Source: Luteococcus sp. H91 (lineage in GTDB: Bacteria; Actinomycetota; Actinomycetes; Propionibacteriales; Propionibacteriaceae). From it: a stretch of DNA of 32,000 nucleotides. A program made the translations under genes and the position numbers. The stretch is taken from NCBI RefSeq assembly GCF_038433135.1, contig NZ_JBCDMV010000011.1, forward strand, positions 30,491 through 62,490. Direction: 5' to 3'. Below the pieces are notes generated by a model. It did no database searches, was not told where the DNA came from, and saw only the letters and a list, made by a program, of their open reading frames with translations. Position 1 is the stretch's first letter. The number at the start of each line of letters is the position of its first letter. Shown one piece after another: positions 1 to 7,931 of the stretch.

Positions 1-331
1 CGGCCACCACCAACAGCAGGACGCTGAACAGGCTGAGCAGCACAGCACCGGGAACACGCGAGGCGGCGGCGGAACCCGCCATGGATCCGACGATCCCCAG
101 GGCACCGAACAGGGCTCCGTCGAACCAGCGGACCCGCCCACCCCGGGCGTGCGGCCACAACCCAACGAGCGACGAGATGGCGATGATCACCAAGGATCCC
201 TCGGTGGCGACATGCGGGCTCTGGTGCAGCAGGTAGACCAGCAGCGGCACGGTGAGGATGGCACCGCCGCCGCCGAGGCTGCCCATCACCGCCCCGACCA
301 CCATCCCCAGAGGCAGGGTCCACCAGGTCAT
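1..331 (-). CDS. TauE/SafE (DUF81) family membrane protein, N-terminal part; gene runs off the left edge of the window
   Basis: Absent from the ORF track because the window edge truncates it. Hand translation of the minus strand from ATG 331-329 gives MTWWTLPLGMVVGAVMGSLGGGGAILTVPLLVYLLHQSPHVATEGSLVIIAISSLVGLWPHARGG..., a TM helix plus the G-x-GGG-x-hh-VP motif typical of TauE/SafE. The ATG overlaps the TGA (330-328) of the upstream gene as ATGA. Confidence 0.65.
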   Translation of the reverse strand, partial: MTWWTLPLGMVVGAVMGSLGGGGAILTVPLLVYLLHQSPHVATEGSLVIIAISSLVGLWPHARGGRVRWFDGALFGALGIVGSMAGSAAASRVPGAVLLSLFSVLLLVVA

Positions 332-1776
332 CCGCCGACACGCAGGGCGATCACCCGGCCGTCCAGGCTCAGCACCCGCAGGTTGCCGAAGGTGGCGCCG
401 GTCTGCTCAGGCAGCGGCTGGTAGAAGTGCTCCGGCTGGGTGGCCGGTTCAAAACGATTCACGGTGGCGGTGCGCGTGGTCAGCTTGGCATTGCCGCGGT
501 AGTGGACGTCGGTGCTGGCCACCTGGATGTTGACGCGTCGCCAGGTGACGTCACTGGGCAGCGCCGGGCGGGCGGCCCCAGTCAGGGCGTTGAGGAAGGT
601 GCGGCCACCCGGTTCGTTCACCACGACGCCTGTGCCGCTGGTGCCGAGCGCACCCGCATCACGCCCACCCACTGCGAAAGGACGGCTGGTCCACACCCGA
701 TGCCCGTTGTTGGGGTCGATCCTGGAGACCACCATCCGGCCCCCGTCGATGACGCCGCTGGGACGCACGGTGCCGGCCTTCCACTCGCAGACCAGGACCA
801 CGTCGGTGCGCGAGCTGCAGCCGATATCGGCCCCTGGGATCTTCCACTTGGTCGCGCCGGTGTTGGCGTCGAAGCCGAGGGTGAGCCGGCGCTGGGGCAT
901 CGGGTGCACCACCCCGGCCCGGGGCAGGCCCACGGTGCCGTAGATCACCTTTCCGAAGCCGTTGAAGTTCCAGCCGCCATTGGGCGAGAGCTTGCCGAAC
1001 ATGTCGGCCTCCAGCCGGTGCCAGACCAGCTTGCCCTTGCGCTCCACACCGATCGCGGCCTTGCGGGTCTTGGGCTCCAGATAACGAACCAGCCCATAGC
1101 GGCCCAGGTCTTCATAGCTGTCGCCCACGTCGGGCAGGGGGCTTGCGGTCCAGCGACTCCGGACGGGCAGCCGTACCTCGACCGGTTTCACCCCAGCCAG
1201 GGCCTTGGCACACACAGCAGCCGAATCGTCGGGGCAGACCTCGGGAAAGCTGGTGAACTGGAAGATCCCGGTGTCGTTGATCGCCTTGCCACGCTCTTGC
1301 ACGTCGAGCAGCCGCAGGCGGGCGCGCTGCCCGGGGCCACGCAGCGGTTCGAGCACCGCCACATAGCGCCCCTGCACCACGGTGACGGGCATCGCAAACT
1401 GCGGCGGCACCATGGAGGAACTCACCTGATGTGCCCATTTCACCGAACCATTGGCCAGGTCGAGCTCCTGCAGTTCCAGGTGCTTGTCCACGCTGGCCAG
1501 CACAATGGCGTGCCCCGACGCGTTCACCACGTCGCTGGCCGGTCGCGAGGCCGTGCTGCTCCAGACCACGGGCGCCTCGGACGGCTGGTTGGGGTCCGGT
1601 TTGATCTGGCTCTCGGTGTGCTCCGGCTGGCTGGCCGAATCCGTGGCGCTGGGTGAGCCGCTGGCACCACCGGGGTTGGGTGCGGCCGGCTCGGGCGTGC
1701 AGCCGGCCAGCACCAGGAGCGCGCAGGCACCAAGCAGGGTGACCCGCTTCAGAGGGCCAGGGCTCGATGCACACAT
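328..1776 (-). CDS. Secreted lipoprotein, possibly a PQQ-like beta-propeller repeat protein
   Basis: 482-aa ORF. The N-terminus MCASSPGPLKRVTLLGACALLVLAGC has a charged n-region, a hydrophobic core and an LAGC lipobox, followed by a Pro/Ser/Ala-rich linker. The remainder is beta-rich with repeated G-x-x-x-W motifs. The fold assignment is tentative. Confidence 0.7.
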   Translation of the reverse strand: MCASSPGPLKRVTLLGACALLVLAGCTPEPAAPNPGGASGSPSATDSASQPEHTESQIKPDPNQPSEAPVVWSSTASRPASDVVNASGHAIVLASVDKHLELQELDLANGSVKWAHQVSSSMVPPQFAMPVTVVQGRYVAVLEPLRGPGQRARLRLLDVQERGKAINDTGIFQFTSFPEVCPDDSAAVCAKALAGVKPVEVRLPVRSRWTASPLPDVGDSYEDLGRYGLVRYLEPKTRKAAIGVERKGKLVWHRLEADMFGKLSPNGGWNFNGFGKVIYGTVGLPRAGVVHPMPQRRLTLGFDANTGATKWKIPGADIGCSSRTDVVLVCEWKAGTVRPSGVIDGGRMVVSRIDPNNGHRVWTSRPFAVGGRDAGALGTSGTGVVVNEPGGRTFLNALTGAARPALPSDVTWRRVNIQVASTDVHYRGNAKLTTRTATVNRFEPATQPEHFYQPLPEQTGATFGNLRVLSLDGRVIALRVGG

Positions 1777-1900
1777 ACTCCGAGCCTACGCGGACACGGG
1801 CTCCAACTCACACCACGACCATCCGGCAGGGCGCCGCGACAAGCCACGAAAGAGCTGCATCCGGCACCAACAGGGTTCATCCCGGGTCAGCTGAATCGGC

Positions 1901-2008
1901 GGATTCCGAAAACCGACCGCCAGATATTGCCCCAGCAGGCCCCCGAGGCTGGCGGCGGCCGAGGTCGGCGGAATCTGGTGGTCACTTTCCGGAAGTGGTC
2001 ACCTGACC
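1901..2008 (+). repeat. Intergenic inverted-repeat element, copy A (short arm 1901-1928, long arm 1971-2008)
   Basis: GGATTCCGAAAACCGACCGCCAGATATT ... 42-nt spacer ... GAATCTGGTGGTCACTTTCCGGAAGTGGTCACCTGACC. The arms are reverse complements of each other and are homologous to copies at 8534, 25843 and 31737. Confidence 0.85.
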
Positions 2009-2033
2009 ATGAGCCTCCGCAAGGCTTCAGCCT

Positions 2034-2840
2034 GTGCCGCGCGGTCATGACACCTGTCATGGCCAGGACGTGACAGCCACCCGAGGCGTACACGGGCATG
2101 GCCGGGGAGGCTGCATCGAGCTGACGGATCTGCACAAGCACTTCGGCTCCGGCACCGGTACGGTGCGGGCCGTCGACGGGATCAGTCTGGGCATCGCACC
2201 CGGCGAGATCGTGGCCTTCCTGGGGCCGAATGGCGCCGGCAAGACCACGACGCTGGACGTGGTGCTGGGCTTCACCCGCCCCACCTCCGGATCGGTGAAG
2301 GTCTTCGACGGCAGCCCCTCGCAAGCGATCGCCACGGGCCGGATCGGCGCGGTGCTGCAGACTGGCGGCCTGCTGCGTGACCTGACGGTGGGCGAGACGG
2401 TGCGCTCAATCGCCGCCCTGCAAAGGGGTTCCCGGCCGGGCGGCGAAGGTGATGGCGCAGGCCAACATCGCCGCCCTGGCCAACCGCAAGGTCTCCAAGT
2501 GTTCCGGCGGCGAGCAGCAGCGGATCAAGTTCGCCCTGGCCCTGCTGACCAATCCGGACCTGCTGGTGCTGGACGAAGCGACCGCCGGCACGGACGTCGG
2601 CGCCCGGCGAGCCTTCTGGGCGTCGATGCGCAGCCAGGCCGAGGCGGGCAAGACCATCCTGTTCGCCACCCACTACCTGGAGGAGGCGCAGGACTTCGCG
2701 CAGCGGGTGGTGCTGATCGGCAAGGGCAGGATCCTGGCCGACGGCCCGGTGGCCGAGGGGCCGGCGGCCGGGATCTGGTGATCAGCGCCCCGACCCTGGA
2801 ATCCACCTTCCCTGCACTCACCCACGAGGACGCAGCATGA
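2034..2840 (+). pseudogene. ABC transporter ATP-binding protein (ABC-2/DrrA-like), disrupted by two frameshifts
   Basis: Walker A (GPNGAGKTT) and the Q-loop region are in the frame of ORF 2034..2840 up to about 2420. The signature, Walker B and H-loop (SGGEQQR, LLVLDEAT, FATHYLEEA) are in ORF 2449..2781, one frame over. The C-terminal ...ISAPTLESTFPALT returns to the first frame after about 2772. The shifts fall in or near short homopolymers (caaagggg at 2421-2428, gagggg at 2755-2760), so sequencing error is not excluded. Confidence 0.6.
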
Positions 2841-3226
2841 ACGCCACCTACATCCGGATCGACCTGATTCGGCAGTTGCGCAGCATCCCGACGATCGCCT
2901 TCACCTTCCTGATGCCGGTCTTCATGTACCTGCTCTTCGGCGGCCGCGCCCCCTATGGTGAACAGGCCGCGGGTGATGGCAATGTGAAGTTCTACGTGAT
3001 GGCCTCGATGGCGGCCTATGGCGCGGCCACCGCGGCGGTCAGCATCGCGTCGATGGCCGCCACCGAATCCATGCTGGGCTGGGGTCGCCAGCTGGGCCTG
3101 ACCAGGCAGCCGTCCTATGGCTTCGTGGTGAACAAGCTGGTGGTGGCGACCCTGATCGCCGCCGTCGCCCAGGCCCTGGTCTACCTGTCGGGTTGGGCCA
3201 CCGGCGCGCACGCCACCACCAGGTAG
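2837..3226 (+). pseudogene. ABC-2 type permease, truncated after about 3 TM helices
   Basis: The 129-aa ORF starts with ATGA coupling to the ATPase ORF and has three hydrophobic segments. ABC-2 permeases normally have 6 TM helices in about 250 aa. The reading frame ends where a response-regulator fragment begins. Confidence 0.55.
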
Positions 3227-3237
3227 GTCAGCCACCA

Positions 3238-3441
3238 GGCGTCGTGAAGGATGCGCCCGCCGACGAGCTGGCGGAGGCGGTCCGACGGGTGCACGCCGGC
3301 CTGCGGGTGGTGGATGCCGAGCTGGCCCAGGCGTCGCTGATGGAGGGCCCCAACCCGCTCAGCCAGCGCGAACAACAGGTGCTGCGGCTGGCGCGCCAAG
3401 GCCTGTCGGTGGCCCGGATGGCCGAACGCGGCTGGATCTGA
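3238..3441 (+). pseudogene. Fragment of a NarL/LuxR-family response regulator (end of receiver domain, linker and start of HTH only)
   Basis: Within ORF 3193..3441: ...VVKDAPADELAEAVRRVHAGLRVVDAELAQASLMEGPNPLSQREQQVLRLARQGLSVARMAERGWI*. This resembles the stretch from the receiver alpha5 helix to the first HTH helix of NarL-type regulators. The phospho-acceptor part of the receiver, the rest of the HTH and any histidine kinase are absent. Confidence 0.6.
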
Positions 3442-3452
3442 GGGGGCGGCAG

Positions 3453-3662
3453 CTACTTGCGGTGCAGCAGCTTGGCCAGGGTGGACTGCTTGGTCTTGGG
3501 GTGGTTCTTCTCCCCGGTGCGCTCGTCAAGCTCGATCCAGCGGGAATCGCAGCCGGGGCAGCGGTAGACGGGCGCACCCTCCACCTCGTCCTTGGTCTTG
3601 ATGATGCCGCAGGCGTCCTGACAGGTGTTCGCCTCAATGAATCGTGCCGCCATGTTTGCCAT
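3453..3662 (-). CDS. Small zinc-ribbon-like protein (69 aa), function unknown
   Basis: This is the inner part of ORF 3453..3911, starting at ATG 3662: MANMAARFIEANTCQDACGIIKTKDEVEGAPVYRCPGCDSRWIELDERTGEKNHPKTKQSTLAKLLHRK. It has a CxxxC ... CxxC cysteine arrangement and a basic tail. The upstream extension of the ORF is Arg/Pro-rich and looks non-coding. Confidence 0.5.
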   Translation of the reverse strand: MANMAARFIEANTCQDACGIIKTKDEVEGAPVYRCPGCDSRWIELDERTGEKNHPKTKQSTLAKLLHRK

Positions 3663-3794
3663 GGTGCACCCCGGGTCAACTCCGCCGCCAATCAGGGTAG
3701 GGACTTGGGATGCTTCAGAGGGCTGCAATTGTGGTGGGCTGAGCGATTTCCCAAGGACGTTGGAACCTGCAATCCCACCCCGGACGACGCAGAA

Positions 3795-3818
3795 GCGCCC
3801 CGGCCGAAGCCGGGGGCG
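3795..3818 (-). terminator. Stem-loop just downstream of the GT39 remnant
   Basis: GCGCCCCGGC cgaa GCCGGGGGCG, 9 bp with one bulge, lying 20 nt after the stop at 3839. There is no U-tract. Confidence 0.4.
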
Positions 3819-3838
3819 TGTACTGCTGGGGGTCCGGG

Positions 3839-5816
3839 TTACTTCTCGCTGGTCAGGTCGTAGACGGTGGCGCTGCCCACGGTCGTGGAGCTGAAGTTGG
3901 CGGTGACCCACTCGGTGATCTCGGAGGCCGAGCCGGAGTTGCCGCCGGGGCCGCCACCCATGCCGCCGCCGGAGATGAAGTAGCTGATGTCCCCACTGGC
4001 GACGTAGGCCTTGAACTGCTCCAGGGTGACGTTGTTGTCGCTGCCGCTCCAGCCGCCGATCGACATCACCGCCGTGTCCGAGTTCAGGATGTAGCCCGCC
4101 GCCGTCTGGTCACCGATCACGGCCGCCGACCACCGGGAGCTGGTCTGGTTGAGCAGGTCGGTGAGTTCGGAGTTGGTCGACGCCGATCCGCCGGGCCCGC
4201 CCTGGCCACCGTCCTGACTGGCGGTACTGCCCGAACTGGTACCCGTCCGGGCCGTGCCTGTGGGGGCAGCGCCGCTGGGGGCGGCACCATCCTGGCCGGT
4301 GGTGCCGGTGGGCGGGGTACCACCCATCCGGCCGCCACCCACCAGGGCGACGTAGCCCATGGCCCCGGCGATGCCACCGATCAACGCCACGTAGCGGATC
4401 CAGGAGTGCCAGCCCGACGCGTTGAGCGCCAGCAGGTGGTAGCCCCAGCCCGCGGTGACGGCAATGGCCAGCCCCAGGACGGTGCGCCAGGCGACGCCGA
4501 TCACCCCGTCGCGCAAGCCCGCGCGGAAGACCTCTCGGCCGGCCACCGCGATGGTGGCGGCGATCCCCCGGGGTCAGGGCGACGGCGTAGTAGGAGTGCA
4601 CGGTGCCCTGCATGAAGCTGAGTACCAGCGCGGTGGAGAGCATCCAGCCGCCCCAGAGCACCAGCGAGGCGCGGGAACGGTCGGTGCGGGAGGCACGGCC
4701 GCGGGCCATGAAACCGGCGACCAGCAGGATGATCGTGGCGGGCAGGAACCAGCTGATCTCGGTACCGAACTGGCTGTTGAACATCCGGAAGATGCCGGTG
4801 CTGCCGCCGAAGCCACCGCCCTGGCCACCCCCGCCGCCACCATTGCCGGAGCCGCCGAAGATGCGGCCCAAGCCGTTGTAGCCCAGCGCCAGTTCCCACA
4901 GGGTTGTTGGTGGAGCCGCCGATGTAGGCGCGCTTGGCCGCGGGCCACAGCGAGACCAGGGTGATGAACCAGCCGGCGCTGACGATCATGCTGCCCGAGG
5001 CGGCCAGCAGGTGACCGATCCGGGTCATCAGGCTGTGGCGCGATGCAATCAGGTAGGCCAGCACGAAGCCGGGCAGCACCAGCAGGCCCTGCAGCATCTT
5101 GGTGAGGAAGGCGAAGCCGATCGCGGCACCGGCCGCCACCATCCACCACATGGCCCGGCGAGAGGCCCGCCCGGCACGCTCGCCGAGTCCGTCGAGGGCA
5201 CGTCGAGCGCACGGACCACGAAGTAGCCGGCCAGGCTCATCAGCAGGGTGAGCATCGCGTCGGGATTGTCGAAGCGGAACATCAGCGCGGCAACCGGCGT
5301 CGCCAGCACCAGCGCGCCGGCCACCAGACCGGCCAGGTGGCCATGCCAGCGGCGCACCGCGGCGGCCACCGTCGCCACCGTGCCGACGCCCATCAGGGCC
5401 TGCGGCAGCAGCAGGGAGAAGGAGCTGAAGCCCAAGATCCGGGCGCTCAGGCCCATCACCCACAGCGAGGCCGGGGGCTTGTCGACGGTGATCGCATTGG
5501 CGGAGTCCAGCGAGCCGAAGAGCCACGCGCTCCAGCTCTGGGTCGCGGATTTCACGGCGGCGGCGTAGAAGTCGTTGGCGTAGCCGCTCACGGTGAGGCT
5601 CCACAGGTAGACGACGGCGGAGAGCGCCAGCAGCACCCAGAGCGCCGGGCGGGCCCAGGCCGGGTCGGTGGCGGATCCTAGGAAGAGGCGGGCCAGTCGG
5701 CCCCGCTGGGCAACGGTTCGCGGTGAGGCGTGGGCGTCGGGCCCGGGCTCGCTCACGGCGAGCGTCCCGACGGCGGGAGCCGCCCTTCGCTCGTCGAGCA
5801 GTGCGGCGGAGGTCAT
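3839..5816 (-). pseudogene. Glycosyltransferase family 39 (ArnT/PMT-like) membrane protein, broken by three frameshifting lesions
   Basis: Four collinear minus-strand ORF pieces read as one protein of about 650 aa. Piece 1: MTSAALL...SGYANDFYAAAVKSATQSW...LAGYFVVRALD. Piece 2: GLGERAGR...MWWMVAAGAAIGFAFLTKMLQGLLVLPG...YIGGSTNN. Piece 3: WELALGYNGLGRIFGGSGNGGGGG...GTVHSYYAVALTPG. Piece 4: IAATIAVAGREVF...AVMSIGGWSGSDNNVTLEQFKAYVASGDISYFI...VYDLTSEK*. The lesions are at 5191-5212, about 4899-4903 and 4565-4573. Confidence 0.8.
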
Positions 5817-6065
5817 GGTGACAGAGCCTTTCGTTCAGGTACTGCTCCACCGTCGCGTCGGAGTCTGTGTGCCTGCTGTGCAGGCTCGGGGAGGCATCTG
5901 TGCATCGGATGTTTGAACGAAAAACTTCTCACTGCCCGGTTGCTTCCGGTTGGTAAGCAAGTGTGTTGCTTTCTCCAAGAATTCCGTGAACACCCTTACG
6001 AGCGCGGGATTGGCGGACTGATATTGACCCAGCACCCCCATGGAACCCAAGGAATGCGAGGAAGC

Positions 6066-6545
6066 ATGCCCGCCAACATGATTCTGGTGGTGGAACGCGA
6101 GTTCCCCTATGACCGGGAGGTCATCTTCGACGCCTGGACCGTCCCGGAACAGATGAGCCAATGGCGCGGATCCCCCGGCTGGCACGTCGACCCGGCAACG
6201 GTCAGCAGTGACCTACGCGCGGGCGGCCGGCATCACCACGACAAGATCCGCGAATCCGACGGCCATGTGGTCGGCACCGACGCGATCTTCACCGAGTTCT
6301 TCCGCCCCGACGTCTTCGTCGCCAAGCAACGGATCACCGGCGACGACGGGATCAACCCCGACCAGCCGCTGGAACTGCGCGTCGAGTTCACCAAGATGGG
6401 CAAGAAGGGCACCCTGGTGCGGATCGTCCAAGGCCCCTATGACCCGTCGCAGAGTGAGCTGCACACCGAGGGCTGGACGCTGGAGCTGGAGCGCTTCAAC
6501 CAGTGGCTGCAGAACAATGCCACCCCGGTGGGAGGTGCGCGATGA
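6066..6545 (+). CDS. SRPBCC-fold protein (AHSA1/START-like)
   Basis: MPANMILVVEREFPYDREVIFDAWTVPEQMSQWRGSPGW...ELHTEGWTLELERFNQWL resembles the Aha1/SRPBCC pattern. The start is uncertain (ATG at 6054, 6066 or 6078). The ORF-track extension back to 5730 crosses a lower-GC intergenic stretch. Confidence 0.65.
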   Translation: MPANMILVVEREFPYDREVIFDAWTVPEQMSQWRGSPGWHVDPATVSSDLRAGGRHHHDKIRESDGHVVGTDAIFTEFFRPDVFVAKQRITGDDGINPDQPLELRVEFTKMGKKGTLVRIVQGPYDPSQSELHTEGWTLELERFNQWLQNNATPVGGAR

Positions 6546-7930
6546 GCACCAGCATCACCACCGTGCGGCAGAAGCCGCTGATGAACATGAAGCAGATCCT
6601 GCTGATGAACCTCGGCTTCTTCGGCATCCAGTACTCGTTCGGCATGCAGCAGACCGCGATCAACCCGATCTACTCGATGCTGGGCGCCAGCCCCGAGGAG
6701 CTGCCGCTGCTCAACCTGGCCGGCCCGATCACTGGCCTGTTCATCCAGCCGCTGATCGGCGCGCTGAGCGACCGGACCTGGATTGAGAAGGGCTTCTTCC
6801 GTGGCCGTCGCCGTCCCTTCTTCCTGATCGGCGCCATCGGCTGCGCGGTCTGCCTGTTCCTCTTCCCCTTCGTCTGGGCCGTCTGGATGGCCGCGCTGCT
6901 GCTGTGGTTGCTGGACGCCAGCAACAACACCGCGATGGAGCCCTACCGTGCCTTCATCGCCGACAAGCTGCCCCCGTCGCAGCTCGGCAAGGGTTTCCTG
7001 GCGCAGAGCTTCTTCACCGGCCTGGGCATCACCCTGGCCAACCTGTCGATCAGCCTTTTCCAGGCCATCTTCGGCCTGGGCACCGGCGTCGGCATCCCCA
7101 AGTGGGCCTTCGGCGCCTTCATGCTGGGCTCGGTCTGCTCGCTGGTGACCGTGCTGGTCTCCGTCATCTCGACGCCGGAGAATGTTCCCTCCGACGCCGA
7201 ACTGGCGGCCCTCAAAGAGAAGAAGAGCAGCGGCGGCGCCGGGGCCTTCCTCCGCGAGATCGGCGACGCGATCGTCGGCATGCCCACCGCGATGAAGGTG
7301 CTGGCACTGGTCTACTTCTTCCAGTGGTACGCCATGAACTGCTACTGGCAGTTCATCAGCCTGTGCATCGCCAAGGTGCTCTACGGCACGACGGACACCA
7401 AGTCGGCGCTCTACCAGGAGGCCGTGGCGCAGACCGGCAAGGTGAATGCCACCTACAACATCGTCACCTTCTGCATCGCCTTCAGCCTGGTGGCGCTGGC
7501 CAAGAAGCTGGGCGCCAAGTGGGTGCACGCGATCTGCCTGTGGTGTGCGACGGCCGGGTTGCTGATCTTCCCGCACATGAACAATCGTTGGCTGGAGATG
7601 GTGGCCATCGTCGGTCTGGGCATCGCCTGGGCCTCCATCATGGGCGTGCCGTACATCATGGTGGTGCGGATGATCCCCTCAACCCGTTACGGCGTCTACA
7701 TGGGCATCGTGAACATGATGATCGTGATCCCGATGCTGATCCAGACGCTGACCTTCGGCTGGGTCTACAAGCACCTGCTGGGTGACAACCCGGTCAACGC
7801 CATCACCTTCGCGGCGGTCTTCCTGGCGATCGCCGGCGTGGTGATGTTGTTCATCAAGGAGCCGCCAATCGTCAAGGACGTCGAGGACATTGGCGCCGAA
7901 CCCGGAACCGCAACGGTGGGAGCACACTGA
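6542..7930 (+). CDS. MFS transporter, glycoside-pentoside-hexuronide / SLC45 (sucrose-type) family
   Basis: MSTSITTVRQKPLMNMKQILLMNLGFFGIQYSFGMQQTAINPIY..., about 12 TM segments, with the R-x-G-R-R motif (FFRGRRRPFF) after TM2. ATG 6542 overlaps the upstream TGA as ATGA. Confidence 0.8.
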   Translation: MSTSITTVRQKPLMNMKQILLMNLGFFGIQYSFGMQQTAINPIYSMLGASPEELPLLNLAGPITGLFIQPLIGALSDRTWIEKGFFRGRRRPFFLIGAIGCAVCLFLFPFVWAVWMAALLLWLLDASNNTAMEPYRAFIADKLPPSQLGKGFLAQSFFTGLGITLANLSISLFQAIFGLGTGVGIPKWAFGAFMLGSVCSLVTVLVSVISTPENVPSDAELAALKEKKSSGGAGAFLREIGDAIVGMPTAMKVLALVYFFQWYAMNCYWQFISLCIAKVLYGTTDTKSALYQEAVAQTGKVNATYNIVTFCIAFSLVALAKKLGAKWVHAICLWCATAGLLIFPHMNNRWLEMVAIVGLGIAWASIMGVPYIMVVRMIPSTRYGVYMGIVNMMIVIPMLIQTLTFGWVYKHLLGDNPVNAITFAAVFLAIAGVVMLFIKEPPIVKDVEDIGAEPGTATVGAH

Positions 7931-7931
7931 T

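Noticed and set aside
427-1656. 409-aa plus-strand ORF, with other overlapping ORFs at 1112-1774 and 12135-13601
   Set aside because: These are antisense or alternative frames of the lipoprotein and fruK genes. They are Arg/Gly/Pro/Ala-rich and lack start-site context.
3406-3414. Second occurrence of TGTCGGTG (CTGTCGGTG) as a damage-promoter motif
   Set aside because: It lies inside the response-regulator fragment coding sequence (GLSVAR) and is not followed by a TAnnnT hexamer at the right spacing, so it is coincidental.
2421-4573. Programmed ribosomal frameshifting or phase variation as an explanation for the broken ABC ATPase and GT39 genes
   Set aside because: There is no slippery heptamer with a downstream structure, the shifts go in both directions, one lesion is an 11-bp duplication, and neighbouring genes carry large deletions. 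Decay, or for the homopolymer sites sequencing error, is the simpler explanation.
6437-7785. ORFs 6437..7576 (minus strand) and 6904..7785 (plus strand, alternative frame) inside the MFS transporter gene
   Set aside because: Only the 6542..7930 frame yields a 12-TM protein with the RxGRR motif. The others are compositionally biased shadows.
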